From: Bacteroidia bacterium
Lineage (GTDB): Bacteria > Bacteroidota > Bacteroidia > UKL13-3
Length of the DNA: 64,000 nt
Assembly: GCA_020049855.1 (NCBI GenBank)
Contig: JAGVLJ010000016.1
Location: 5,603-69,602, forward strand
Reading direction: 5' to 3'
The notes below the pieces were generated by a model. That model was not told the origin of the DNA. It worked only from the letters and a program-made list of their open reading frames with translations, and made no database searches. Both the position numbers and the translations under genes were made by a program. Shown here piece after piece: positions 47,252-57,132 of the stretch. Within the stretch, counting starts at the first letter, position 1; each line of letters starts with the position of its first letter.

Positions 47252-48718
47252 ATGAGTGTGCCGATAAAAATAGCCGTAGCCAAAGGTGATGGCATAGGAC
47301 CCGAGATTATGGATGCGGTTTTAACTGTGTTTAACTCTGTCGGAGTACCATTGCAATATGAATTTATTGAAATGGGTAAAACCTATTTTTTAGAAGGATA
47401 TGGCACCGGCATGACTCCTAAAGCCATGAAGGTAGTAGAAGAACTGGGCATATTATTTAAAGGTCCCATGGAAACCCCAAAAGGGAAAGGGATGAAAAGC
47501 ATCAACGTTACAGCCCGCAAAACATGGAGCACCTATGCCAACCGCAGACACTTTCAGTCGTTGCCCGGAGTAGATACCGTATTCTCACGTGCCGGCATTC
47601 CCATTGATATTACCATCGTTCGCGAAAACATTGAAGGTACTTATGGAGGTGTGGAGCACATGAACACCCACGATGTGACTATATGCCGCAGAATTATTTC
47701 GCGACCAGGAAGTGAACAGGTCATACGTTTCGCATTTGAAATGGCACGCAAGGAAGGATTTACCAAAGTAACCTGTGCACACAAGGCCAATATCATGAAA
47801 ATTACTGATGGTCTTTTTCTTGAAGTTTTTCAGGACATAGCCAAAGAATATCCCGATATACAAAGCAATGATATTATAATAGATGATTTAGCCATGAAAT
47901 TAGTAGCACGTCCACACGAGTTTCAGGTGGTGGTGCTCACAAATCTTCAAGGAGATATTATGAGTGATTTATGTGCCGGACTTGTAGGCGGATTGGGATT
48001 TGCTCCTTCGGCCAATATTGGCGATCATATAGCCATTTTTGAAGCAGTTCATGGTACTGCGCCTGATATTGCCGGCAAACAAATGGCCAACCCAACTTCT
48101 CTTTTGCTAAGTGGATTGATGATGATGCGTCACTTAGGTTTTGTGAAGCAGGCTGCTCAAATAGAAAATGCATTGCGCTATACATTGGAGCAAGGCGTGC
48201 ATACAGCCGACTTTGGCGATCGCTCTATCCCCTTTTCCACTACCCACGAATTTGCACAGTCTGTTATAACTAACCTTGACAAAGAACCAGAATTTTCGAA
48301 ACCCAGAATAGCAAAAGATGGAGTACCCCTTTTTATAAAGCCCTTGGCTGCTACCCATCAAAAAATGATGGAAAGCACCAAAGACAAAGCAAACAAGGTG
48401 ATAAAAGGAGTGGATTTATTTATTGAAAGCAGCGAACCGGGCGAAGCTATTGCTGCTACTATTCAGCCCTTACTTTCCTCCGGACAAAAGCTGGTAACGA
48501 TTTCTAACCGAGGCACCCTGATATGGCCAACCGGATCGGTATTTACCGAATTAGTTGATCACAGTTGTGTGCGTATAGAACAGGAACAAGGAGAAATGAC
48601 CCAAAACGAAGTGTTTGAACTACTAAAAAAGGTGGGAAAACAGTACATGATTCCCTCATACGAATTACTGCGAAATTTTGGAATAAAAACCGGTTACAGT
48701 CTCACTCAGGGACAGTAA
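47252..48718 (+). CDS. icd: NADP-dependent isocitrate dehydrogenase (type with C-terminal extension)
   Basis: GDGIGPEI, KGPMETP.GKG.KSINV, HKANIMK, FEAVHGTAPDIAG and C-terminal GVDLF...ISNRG...YSLTQGQ. Confidence 0.9.
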   Translation: MSVPIKIAVAKGDGIGPEIMDAVLTVFNSVGVPLQYEFIEMGKTYFLEGYGTGMTPKAMKVVEELGILFKGPMETPKGKGMKSINVTARKTWSTYANRRHFQSLPGVDTVFSRAGIPIDITIVRENIEGTYGGVEHMNTHDVTICRRIISRPGSEQVIRFAFEMARKEGFTKVTCAHKANIMKITDGLFLEVFQDIAKEYPDIQSNDIIIDDLAMKLVARPHEFQVVVLTNLQGDIMSDLCAGLVGGLGFAPSANIGDHIAIFEAVHGTAPDIAGKQMANPTSLLLSGLMMMRHLGFVKQAAQIENALRYTLEQGVHTADFGDRSIPFSTTHEFAQSVITNLDKEPEFSKPRIAKDGVPLFIKPLAATHQKMMESTKDKANKVIKGVDLFIESSEPGEAIAATIQPLLSSGQKLVTISNRGTLIWPTGSVFTELVDHSCVRIEQEQGEMTQNEVFELLKKVGKQYMIPSYELLRNFGIKTGYSLTQGQ

Positions 48719-48722
48719 TTCT

Positions 48723-49211
48723 TCAGGCGTTTACGTTGAGGTAACGGGCCAGCCACGTATTTTTAAGCGCAATTAACCAGTTCAAATCAAACTGCTCTTT
48801 GGTTTGAACCATATTATTAAACACAAGGCTATCTTCATTGATATCGCCATGCAAAAGCAGGTTCGGAATAAAATGCTTATTTACTACCCGTATCTGTTCG
48901 TCTTTTTTATAAGCTACCAGTAGGCGGTTAAAAAAATCAACCTTAAAATCACCCGCTATCGCCTTGAGAAAATTTACTGATTTATCTATCCCACATCCGC
49001 TTACCCCGTTAAATGATTCATCAACCATTACTACCACAAAACGGCCATAGAGTAAATCGATAGAGGCCTTCAACTGTTTGTCATGAGCTGTCCACTGGTG
49101 TACAAATTCAAGAAAAAGTCGCTCCAGTTTTTTTTGTTCAGTTTCCGAAAAAGACCGATCGGCCATGTACACCCACACACGAGAATGGGGAGGCATTTGC
49201 GAAAAATTCAT
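48723..49211 (-). CDS. Conserved Bacteroidota hypothetical protein
   Basis: SRVWVY.ADR, WTAH, SGCGIDKSV and VFNN; start probably ATG 49211. Confidence 0.8.
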   Translation of the reverse strand: MNFSQMPPHSRVWVYMADRSFSETEQKKLERLFLEFVHQWTAHDKQLKASIDLLYGRFVVVMVDESFNGVSGCGIDKSVNFLKAIAGDFKVDFFNRLLVAYKKDEQIRVVNKHFIPNLLLHGDINEDSLVFNNMVQTKEQFDLNWLIALKNTWLARYLNVNA

Positions 49212-49234
49212 ACGCAAAGATATAAAAATTAATT

Positions 49235-50776
49235 TCAGTGAGCTTCCCGTTCAACTTTGTGTCGTGCTCTCATTTTCCTGGCATTCGTGTATCCGTATGA
49301 AATGTAAATAACTAACCCTACTACCATCCAGCCGATAGCGGTATTACGTGTTTCGGCTGGCAACCCTACGATCATCATGGAACAAACTAAAATACCAAGT
49401 ATAGGAATCAGCGGCACTAACGGGGTTTTAAAGGCACGTGGAACATGCGGATCGGTTTTACGCATAATCCAGACTCCTGCACTCACCAACACAAAAGCAA
49501 ACAAGGTTCCGATACTGGTTAAATCACCTGCAACTTCACCTGGAACAAATGCTGCAAACGCACCCACAAAAACAAAAAGGATAATATTGGATTTATAAGG
49601 CGTATGAAATGTTTTGTGCAAATCGGAAAATACTTTTGGCAGCAATCCGTCTTTCGACATGGAATAAAACACGCGCGATTGTCCCATGAGCATTACTAAA
49701 ATCACTGATGAAAATCCTGCAAGAATGGCTACTGTTACTGCCGTTCCAAGCCAACTGTACCCATGCATATAGTGCTGAATGGCATAGGCCACAGATGCTT
49801 CTTTCCCAGCCTTTACAAAGTCGGTATAAGGAGCAACTCCGGTTAACACATGAGAAAACAAAATATACAAAATAGTACAAATAACCAAAGAACCCAATAT
49901 ACCCACAGGCATATCTTTCTCCGGGTTTTTAGCTTCTTGGGCAGCTGTTGATACAGCATCGAAACCGATAAATGCAAAAAATACAATACCTGCACCGGTT
50001 ACAATTCCCGGCCACCCGTGTTTCCAGAAACCTTCATAGCCTGGTGTATTTTCGGGAATGATGTAAGGAGTATGGTTAGCCGGATTTATAAACTGCCATC
50101 CCACCACAATAAATACTAATGCGATTGCTACTTTGATAAACACAATAATGGCATTTACCACAGCCGACTCCTGTGTGCCTTTAATGAGTAGAGCCGAAAT
50201 ACCTAAAAGCACCAGCAAGGCAGGTAGGTTCATTACACCGTGATTCATGATTACATCGGAAGGCAGAACCTTTGAAACCGATACCATTAATTCTGTTCCG
50301 CCTTCGCCAATTCGTTTTACATAATGCTCAAAAGGCGAATGACACCATTCGTAAGGGATTACTCCTCCCAATAAATTATTCAGATACTCGCTCCAGGCAA
50401 TAGCCACTGTGGCTGCTCCCAATGCATACTCGAGTACTAATGCCCAACCCATTATCCAGGCCACCAGTTCGCCCATGGTCGCATAAGCGTATGTATAGGC
50501 ACTGCCTGCAATAGGAATCATGGACGCAAATTCGGCATAACATAACCCTGCAAAAGCACATCCCAAAGCGGCTATAACAAATGAAAGGGTAACTGCAGGC
50601 CCGGCATGTCCTCCGGCTGCTGCGGCTGTGCGCACAAATAACCCGGCACCTATAATCGCACCAATACCAAGCATAATCAGGTTGGTTCGGCCAAGGGTAC
50701 GTTTAAGGGTATGCCCTTCGGCATGTTTCATTAATTCTTTAAGCGGTTTGCGGTAAAAGAAACTTTGTAATGGCAT
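49235..50776 (-). CDS. APC-family amino acid permease
   Basis: LGIGAIIGAG, CYAEFAS..P.AGSAY and FFAFIGFDAVST.AQE. Confidence 0.95.
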   Translation of the reverse strand: MPLQSFFYRKPLKELMKHAEGHTLKRTLGRTNLIMLGIGAIIGAGLFVRTAAAAGGHAGPAVTLSFVIAALGCAFAGLCYAEFASMIPIAGSAYTYAYATMGELVAWIMGWALVLEYALGAATVAIAWSEYLNNLLGGVIPYEWCHSPFEHYVKRIGEGGTELMVSVSKVLPSDVIMNHGVMNLPALLVLLGISALLIKGTQESAVVNAIIVFIKVAIALVFIVVGWQFINPANHTPYIIPENTPGYEGFWKHGWPGIVTGAGIVFFAFIGFDAVSTAAQEAKNPEKDMPVGILGSLVICTILYILFSHVLTGVAPYTDFVKAGKEASVAYAIQHYMHGYSWLGTAVTVAILAGFSSVILVMLMGQSRVFYSMSKDGLLPKVFSDLHKTFHTPYKSNIILFVFVGAFAAFVPGEVAGDLTSIGTLFAFVLVSAGVWIMRKTDPHVPRAFKTPLVPLIPILGILVCSMMIVGLPAETRNTAIGWMVVGLVIYISYGYTNARKMRARHKVEREAH

Positions 50777-50885
50777 ATGATGATGCTTTATATTTATGAA
50801 AATCAAATATCCGTTTTTATTCCTAAAATCAAACAGACAGGGTAAGTTTACCTCTAAACGTTTGCTTAATTAAGAATGGTGAAGT

Positions 50886-51287
50886 TTACAGGGCACCTTT
50901 ATCTACAGCAATTACTACCGGTACTTTCATTCGGTGAAGTTTATCCATAATCTTCATCATTTCATTTACCTCAATGCTTTTATCCATCCGCAGCACCACT
51001 GATGGTTTATCTTTCCCACGTATTTTGAGTGATAAAGTATTTTCAAATGAAGGCAAGCCCACTTCTTCATTTTCGATATAGTAACGTAAATCGGCAGTAA
51101 TAGAAACAGAAACGGGTGAAGAAGGGTTATCTCTGCCCGAGGTAGCATTGGGCAATAATAGTTTAATTGCGTTTGGACTGGCCAGAGTAGAAATAATCAA
51201 AAAGAACAACATCAGAAAGAACAGGATATCCGATAGCGCCCCGGCCTGTACTTCGGCATGAACATATTTTTTACGCCTGAAATTCAT
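50886..51287 (-). CDS. exbD: Biopolymer transporter ExbD/TolR
   Basis: LSDILFFLMLFFLI TM with the conserved Asp; LRMDK. Confidence 0.9.
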   Translation of the reverse strand: MNFRRKKYVHAEVQAGALSDILFFLMLFFLIISTLASPNAIKLLLPNATSGRDNPSSPVSVSITADLRYYIENEEVGLPSFENTLSLKIRGKDKPSVVLRMDKSIEVNEMMKIMDKLHRMKVPVVIAVDKGAL

Positions 51288-51985
51288 GACTCGATGGGTT
51301 TATAGAGAATGTCAACAAACTCAATAGCGGTAACTTCCATCTTATTTACAGTACGCTCAATTTTTGCATTGAGGTAGGTATAGAAAATATAAGCAAGTAC
51401 TCCTACAATCAATCCCGAAGCGGAGGTAATCATTTTTACATAAATACCACTTGAAATAACCCCGATACTGATATTATCAGTTACCGAAATATCATAGAAA
51501 GCTTTTATCATTCCCACCACCGTACCAAGAAAACCAAACATGGGTGCAATGGCAGCAATGGCGGCTAGCAGACTCACATTTTTTTCCATTTTATATACCT
51601 CAACGCGCGCAGTGTTTTCAATGGCGTTTTCAATATCTCTGATAGGTGCTCCTACCCTTGATATTCCTTTGAGAATTAAATTTGAAAAGGGGGACGGAGT
51701 GCGATTGCAATAAGCAATACAAGCCTTTACATCATTTTTAACCAACATATCCCGGATATTATTAATCAGGTTACTGTCCATCTTACTGGCTTTATTGACG
51801 TAAAGCAGCCTTTCAATAAACAAATAAACTGAAGCAAGTGAAAGCACAAGAATGGGAAGCATCACTACCCCACCTTTCATTATTAAACTAAACACGGATA
51901 AACCCTCGGCTGCAGCTGGTGCAGCAGGTGACGGCTGACTGGCAACCGTTGTGGTAATCTGGACTAAAATATTCAGTAGTGCCAT
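51284..51985 (-). CDS. exbB: MotA/TolQ/ExbB proton channel
   Basis: APMFGFLGTVVGM and KMITSASGLIVG. Confidence 0.9.
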   Translation of the reverse strand: MALLNILVQITTTVASQPSPAAPAAAEGLSVFSLIMKGGVVMLPILVLSLASVYLFIERLLYVNKASKMDSNLINNIRDMLVKNDVKACIAYCNRTPSPFSNLILKGISRVGAPIRDIENAIENTARVEVYKMEKNVSLLAAIAAIAPMFGFLGTVVGMIKAFYDISVTDNISIGVISSGIYVKMITSASGLIVGVLAYIFYTYLNAKIERTVNKMEVTAIEFVDILYKPIES

Positions 51986-52058
51986 AACATGAATTAAATA
52001 TGTTCGATACTAAGAAAAAAATGTCCGGCAGGCTTCATTTAGTTTCCCACATGTGTGC

Positions 52059-52097
52059 ACTAAAAAAGGGGAGCCTTGCGGGCTCCCCTTTTTTAGT
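52059..52097 (-). terminator. Intrinsic terminator after secDF
   Basis: ACTAAAAAAGGGGAGCC-ttgcg-GGCTCCCCTTTTTTAGT inverted repeat. Confidence 0.9.
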
Positions 52098-52108
52098 ACG
52101 ATAACGGA

Positions 52109-55100
52109 CTATTTCGTTTCTTTCTTTTCAAAATCAACAACTACAGGTGTTGCGACACAAATAGAAGAATAAGTACCAACCACAATACCAATTAATAAAG
52201 CAAATGAAAATCCGCGAATGGTTTCGCCACCAAAAATAAAGATGGCCACCAATACGAAGAAAATGGTTAACGAAGTATTGATGGTACGGCTAAGTGTACT
52301 GTTCAAAGCGTAGTTAATTACCGTGTTTCGTTCATTTGTGTCTAAATCCGACTTGTTACGAATAGTTAGATACTCGCGAATACGGTCAAAAACCACCACG
52401 GTATCGGTCATGGAATAACCCATTACCGTAAGAATAGCTGCAATAAAGTGCTGATCAATTTCTAAAGAGAATGGAAGCAACCCGTCAAAAGCAAGGAATA
52501 TGGAAAGTACAATAAGTACATCGTGCAAAAGTGCCACTACAGCTCCTAAACCGTATTGCCATTTTTTGAATCGCAAAATGATGTACAGGAACATAATGAA
52601 GCATGAAATAATTACTGCCCAAACCGCCTTTGATTTGATATCGCCAGAAATGGTTTCACCCACTTTTTCCGAACTTACAATCTCATATTTCGGGTTTATT
52701 TTCTTGAGACCCTCATTTAGTTTGCCAGCTACTTTAGCCTCTGCGTCTGCCGAGTTATCCTGTATCAGATAAGCTGTTGTAATTTTTACCTGCTCACTCC
52801 CCCCATAGGTTTTCACCTCGGGTTCTTTGCCATCAAAAAATGGCCCCAATGCCTGACGAACATCGGTAGTAGGAATTGTTTTATCAAAGCGTACCACATA
52901 GGTACGACCTCCTTTAAAGTCAACCCCGAAATTAAATCCACCACGAATAAAGAAGAAGGTAATCCCAATAAGAATAATGAGAGAGGAGAAAGTATAATAC
53001 AACTTACGTTTTCCTACAAAGTCAATTTTAAAGTGGTCGTAAACATGTTGGGTGGTCTTGCGGTAAAAGGTTACATCGCGACCCTTTTCCAACATATTAT
53101 CGAATATAATTCGGGTGATAAAGATGGCGCAGAATAACGAAGTAAGAATACCGATGATAAGCGTGGTGGCAAAACCCTGAATAGGGCCTGTACCAAACAC
53201 ATAGAGTACAATACCCAGCAATAAGGTAGTAATGTTTGAATCGAGAATAGAAGACATGGCATGGGCATACCCTTCGGAAACTGCATTTTTCAACGACTTT
53301 CCATGATGCCCCATTTCCTCACGTATACGCTCAAATATGAGAATGTTCGCATCAACCGACATCCCTATAGTAAGCACTACGCCCGCAATACCCGGTAAAG
53401 TTAAAACTGCACCAAGAGATGCAAGCACCCCAATTACAAAAAACACATTGACGAATAGGGCAATGTCAGCCACCCATCCGGCTTTGTTATAGTAGAATCC
53501 CATAAACACCAATACCAAAACGAGGGCGATGGCAAAGGAAGAAAATCCGGAACTTATGGCTTCTTGCCCCAATGTTGGTCCTACCACCGCTTCAGCCACA
53601 ATACGGGTTGGAGCAGGCAGTTTACCGGATTTCAGAATATTGGCCAGATCATCCGCTTCCTTAGTTGTAAAGTTCCCGGAAATGCTCGAATGTCCATTAG
53701 GGATTTCACTTTGAACGGTAGGTGCTGAATACACTCTGTCGTCAAGCACAATAGCCACACATCTACCAATATTGGCACCTGTAACTTTTTTCCATTGTCG
53801 GGCACCAGAGGTATTCATGGTCATCGAAATCTCTACGTTTCCCGATTGCGAAATATCTTTACGTGCGTCAGTAACCACATCACCTTCTAAAGCTGCGCCA
53901 CCTGTTTTGCTGAATTTGATGGCATGCAAACGAAGGATTTCCTCATTTTTACCTAACCCTTTAGCTTCCCACAGAAATTTAATGGTTGAAGGTAGTGCGT
54001 TTAATACTTCAGGAGTATTGAGGTAAGCATTAATTTTTGCAGTATCTTTAATAAGAGCCGAACCAACAATGGAACCTTTTACCAGTTCGGTACGGTTTTC
54101 ATTTGTTGCTGGAATAAGCAACGTGTAAAGTAATGGGTTTTCTTTGATTAACTGTTCTTGAGATTTTTTATCGGAAGAGTCTTTACCGACCTTGCTGGTA
54201 TCAGAGGCTGCTGCAGTTAAATCAGTTAATTTTTTGCTGCTATCAGAGGCTGCTTTATTGGTTTGTAACAATTCCAAACCTTCACTTGATGATTTACTGC
54301 TATCGAGTACCTCAACGGTAGCTTCTTTTTTGCCGCTCAACTCCTTTGATGCTTTGAGTTTAGCAATGGTGGTGTTTGCCGTTTGCAAATAGCCAAAAGC
54401 TTCGGTATTGTCATAGGTTTCCCAAAATTGCAGGCGAGCCGAACCTTGTAACAATTTACGCACACGCTCAGGATTATCTACACCGGGTAACTCAACCAGA
54501 ATACGACCAGAATTACCTAACTTCTGAATATTTGGCTGTGTTACCCCGAATTTGTCGATACGTGCACGTAATATCTGAAACGAGCGATCAATAGCCTGAT
54601 CCGCCTCACCCGAAATAAATTTGAGCACTTCGGCATTGGTTGATGTGTAACTTACCTTATCTTTATTTTCTTTAGTGGCAAAAATGGTGGCCAGTTTACC
54701 GCCCGGGTTCAACTCGGCATACGCTTCCCCAAATAAGGTTACGTAATCTTTCTGACTTGTTTTTAATTTTTCATTGGCATTCGCCAATGCTTTGTTAAAA
54801 ATTGGATCCTGGTTATTATTAGATAACGCAAGCACTAGATCCGACAAAGACACTTCAAGGGTAACATTCATTCCACCTTGTAAGTCAAGACCCAGATTAA
54901 GTTCGCGTTCTTTACAATCCAGGTAGGTAAAGCTCATCAACACGGGCTCGCGGGCAATAGAGTCAATAAATGCTCTTTCTTTAGCCTTGTCTCCTTTGGC
55001 GTAGGCCTTGGCTTTACTTTCAATCTGGTTTGTTTTCCAGGTAAAGATCAATTGGTACGCGCAAACGAGTGCGAGTGCGATGGCAAATACCTTTACTACT

Positions 55101-55114
55101 CCTGTACTTTTCAT
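52109..55114 (-). CDS. secDF: Protein translocase subunit SecDF (fused)
   Basis: LGLDLQGG, VGPTLG, VDANILIFERIRE, GVDFKGG and GYS.TDTVVVFDRIRE. Confidence 0.97.
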   Translation of the reverse strand: MKSTGVVKVFAIALALVCAYQLIFTWKTNQIESKAKAYAKGDKAKERAFIDSIAREPVLMSFTYLDCKERELNLGLDLQGGMNVTLEVSLSDLVLALSNNNQDPIFNKALANANEKLKTSQKDYVTLFGEAYAELNPGGKLATIFATKENKDKVSYTSTNAEVLKFISGEADQAIDRSFQILRARIDKFGVTQPNIQKLGNSGRILVELPGVDNPERVRKLLQGSARLQFWETYDNTEAFGYLQTANTTIAKLKASKELSGKKEATVEVLDSSKSSSEGLELLQTNKAASDSSKKLTDLTAAASDTSKVGKDSSDKKSQEQLIKENPLLYTLLIPATNENRTELVKGSIVGSALIKDTAKINAYLNTPEVLNALPSTIKFLWEAKGLGKNEEILRLHAIKFSKTGGAALEGDVVTDARKDISQSGNVEISMTMNTSGARQWKKVTGANIGRCVAIVLDDRVYSAPTVQSEIPNGHSSISGNFTTKEADDLANILKSGKLPAPTRIVAEAVVGPTLGQEAISSGFSSFAIALVLVLVFMGFYYNKAGWVADIALFVNVFFVIGVLASLGAVLTLPGIAGVVLTIGMSVDANILIFERIREEMGHHGKSLKNAVSEGYAHAMSSILDSNITTLLLGIVLYVFGTGPIQGFATTLIIGILTSLFCAIFITRIIFDNMLEKGRDVTFYRKTTQHVYDHFKIDFVGKRKLYYTFSSLIILIGITFFFIRGGFNFGVDFKGGRTYVVRFDKTIPTTDVRQALGPFFDGKEPEVKTYGGSEQVKITTAYLIQDNSADAEAKVAGKLNEGLKKINPKYEIVSSEKVGETISGDIKSKAVWAVIISCFIMFLYIILRFKKWQYGLGAVVALLHDVLIVLSIFLAFDGLLPFSLEIDQHFIAAILTVMGYSMTDTVVVFDRIREYLTIRNKSDLDTNERNTVINYALNSTLSRTINTSLTIFFVLVAIFIFGGETIRGFSFALLIGIVVGTYSSICVATPVVVDFEKKETK

Positions 55115-55229
55115 TGTATCGCTTTGATTTTATTTAATTTCTTGTGTATGGTCAGTTTTACGAAGCGGCAAATATATACGCTGAGGCCGACTTTTCAAAA
55201 AGAGGAAATTTGCCTCGAAAACAGGTACT

Positions 55230-55643
55230 TCAGGCTTTCGGATTTAAACTCACCAGAAAGACAGTAGTTTTATTTCGGTCTCGTCCATACCTGAATTTCT
55301 CTAACGCTTCTTCAATACTACGACCGTGGAAATACGAGGTGCGCACTTCTTTCTCACCCAGAGGGGTCCATTGAATGGTGTAGGAATCAGACTGATCGCG
55401 GTAATGGCGCGTGTATTCAAGTGCTTTGTTCAATACATCTAATTTAGTTACCCCAACTGCGGTAAAAAATAAAAACATCTGGTTATACCGTGGATTGATG
55501 GTTTCAATATTCAATTGCACATTCCCAAAATCGTTGTGGTAATTAAAATTAACCCGATGGTTGGTATCCTGTCCGAGCATTTCAATTATTTCTTTTTCAA
55601 TGGCTAATGCCCTAAGAGTCTCTTCGGCAGTTAATTCTTTCAT
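55230..55643 (-). CDS. Hypothetical protein translationally coupled to udk
   Basis: 137-aa ORF; ATGA overlap with the udk stop. Confidence 0.75.
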   Translation of the reverse strand: MKELTAEETLRALAIEKEIIEMLGQDTNHRVNFNYHNDFGNVQLNIETINPRYNQMFLFFTAVGVTKLDVLNKALEYTRHYRDQSDSYTIQWTPLGEKEVRTSYFHGRSIEEALEKFRYGRDRNKTTVFLVSLNPKA

Positions 55644-56275
55644 TGTACGGGGGGGGAATCGGATTGAATGAGTGAAGTAAAATGTTTTTTTAGTATCTGC
55701 AGGCTGTTTTGAAAATGTTCATTGTTATTAATAATCATATCGGCTGCATGCTTAAACGGAAGCAGGTATTTTTCATACGCTGGCAATACATGGTTGTGCC
55801 ACTGATATAAAACAAGGTCGTGCGAAATGCCACGCTCGGTGGTGTCGCGTCTTAGTCGTCTTTCAAGTTTTATATCATCGGCAGCATCAATAAATACCTT
55901 TAAATCGAGCATCTTAAAAATTTCTTCAAACCAAAAAATAAACAATCCTTCTATCACAATGATACGGGCAGGTTCAAAACGCACTACCCCGGCTTCCATA
56001 TTTTCATTCTGATATAAATACTCTTTGCGCTCAATAACCTTACCTGCTTTTAACAATTGTAAATCATTAATAAATTGTATATAATCAATACTTTCTGGTA
56101 AATCAAAATTTACCTTCCCATTTACATCGTAGATATGTTTTGAAGGCGGATGGTAATAATGATCCTGCGAAATAATACACAAGTCGCTTACCAAGAAAGC
56201 CTCTTTCAACGAAATAAGAAAACTTGTTTTGCCTGAGGCACTTCCGCCAGTTATCCCTACTAAATACGATTGCAC
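55640..56275 (-). CDS. udk: Uridine kinase
   Basis: GITGGSASGKT, QDHYY, NFDLP, IVIEG and RRD..ERG. Confidence 0.9.
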   Translation of the reverse strand: MQSYLVGITGGSASGKTSFLISLKEAFLVSDLCIISQDHYYHPPSKHIYDVNGKVNFDLPESIDYIQFINDLQLLKAGKVIERKEYLYQNENMEAGVVRFEPARIIVIEGLFIFWFEEIFKMLDLKVFIDAADDIKLERRLRRDTTERGISHDLVLYQWHNHVLPAYEKYLLPFKHAADMIINNNEHFQNSLQILKKHFTSLIQSDSPPVQ

Positions 56276-56441
56276 TTTGTTGTTTCTTATCGGTAAAGGT
56301 CACAAATTTAGCCTTTCAAACCATCTTTCCCAATTGGGTGTACTCACCATTCGCCCTTTGCCCTATATCAACTTCCATTCGTCCGCAGTTTTTGTCGTTT
56401 CAATTTACTTATCAGGTCTTTAATTAATAAAAAATGTAAAC

Positions 56442-56496
56442 TTGAGAAACTTTTTAAATATTTTTTGTTTCCAAAGTATTTTTCTTGTTACCTTTG
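56442..56496 (+). promoter_or_regulatory. Promoter (-33 TTTG 56464, -7 TACCTTTG 56489) overlapped by a candidate TetR operator
   Basis: TTTG-N21-TAnnTTTG; imperfect inverted repeat TTGAGAAAC...GTTTCCAA. Confidence 0.5.
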
Positions 56497-56514
56497 CTCC
56501 CGATTTTAGTACAC

Positions 56515-57132
56515 ATGAGTCCAACAGAAGAAAAAATTATAGTTAGTTCAAAGTCATTATTTATGAGATATGGCATTAAAAGCATCACCATGGATGATGT
56601 AGCCCGCGAGCTTGCCATTTCGAAAAAAACGCTATACCAGTATTTCAGCGATAAAAACGATCTGGTAACAAAAGTATTGACGCATCATCTTGATATTATC
56701 AGCAATGAATGCATCAAAACGTTTGTAGAAACAGCCAACCCCATTGACCAAATGCTTGCAATGAGCAGACAAAGGGCGGAAGACATGAGCAGCATGAATC
56801 CAGCCCTGTTATACGATTTAAAAAAGTACTATCCTGAAAGTTGGACAGAACTGGAAAAATACAAAACAGAATTTATTTACAACCACATTGTAGCTAACAT
56901 ACAAAAGGGTATTGAAGGTGGCTGGTATCACAACCATATCAAAACAGATATTATAGCACACATCTACGTTCATCTGGTGGATATAATGATAAGCAATGGG
57001 GATGAACTGAAAAAAAACTACAACCAAAAAGAACTTCATCTTAGTGTTATCACATACCACTTGCATGCGGTATGCACTAAAAAAGGACTTGACCATTTGA
57101 ACAAACGTTTAACCGAAAAGAATCACCAATGA
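56515..57132 (+). CDS. TetR/AcrR family regulator
   Basis: LFMRYGIKSITMDDVARELAISKKTLYQYF.DK; start probably ATG 56515. Confidence 0.93.
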   Translation: MSPTEEKIIVSSKSLFMRYGIKSITMDDVARELAISKKTLYQYFSDKNDLVTKVLTHHLDIISNECIKTFVETANPIDQMLAMSRQRAEDMSSMNPALLYDLKKYYPESWTELEKYKTEFIYNHIVANIQKGIEGGWYHNHIKTDIIAHIYVHLVDIMISNGDELKKNYNQKELHLSVITYHLHAVCTKKGLDHLNKRLTEKNHQ

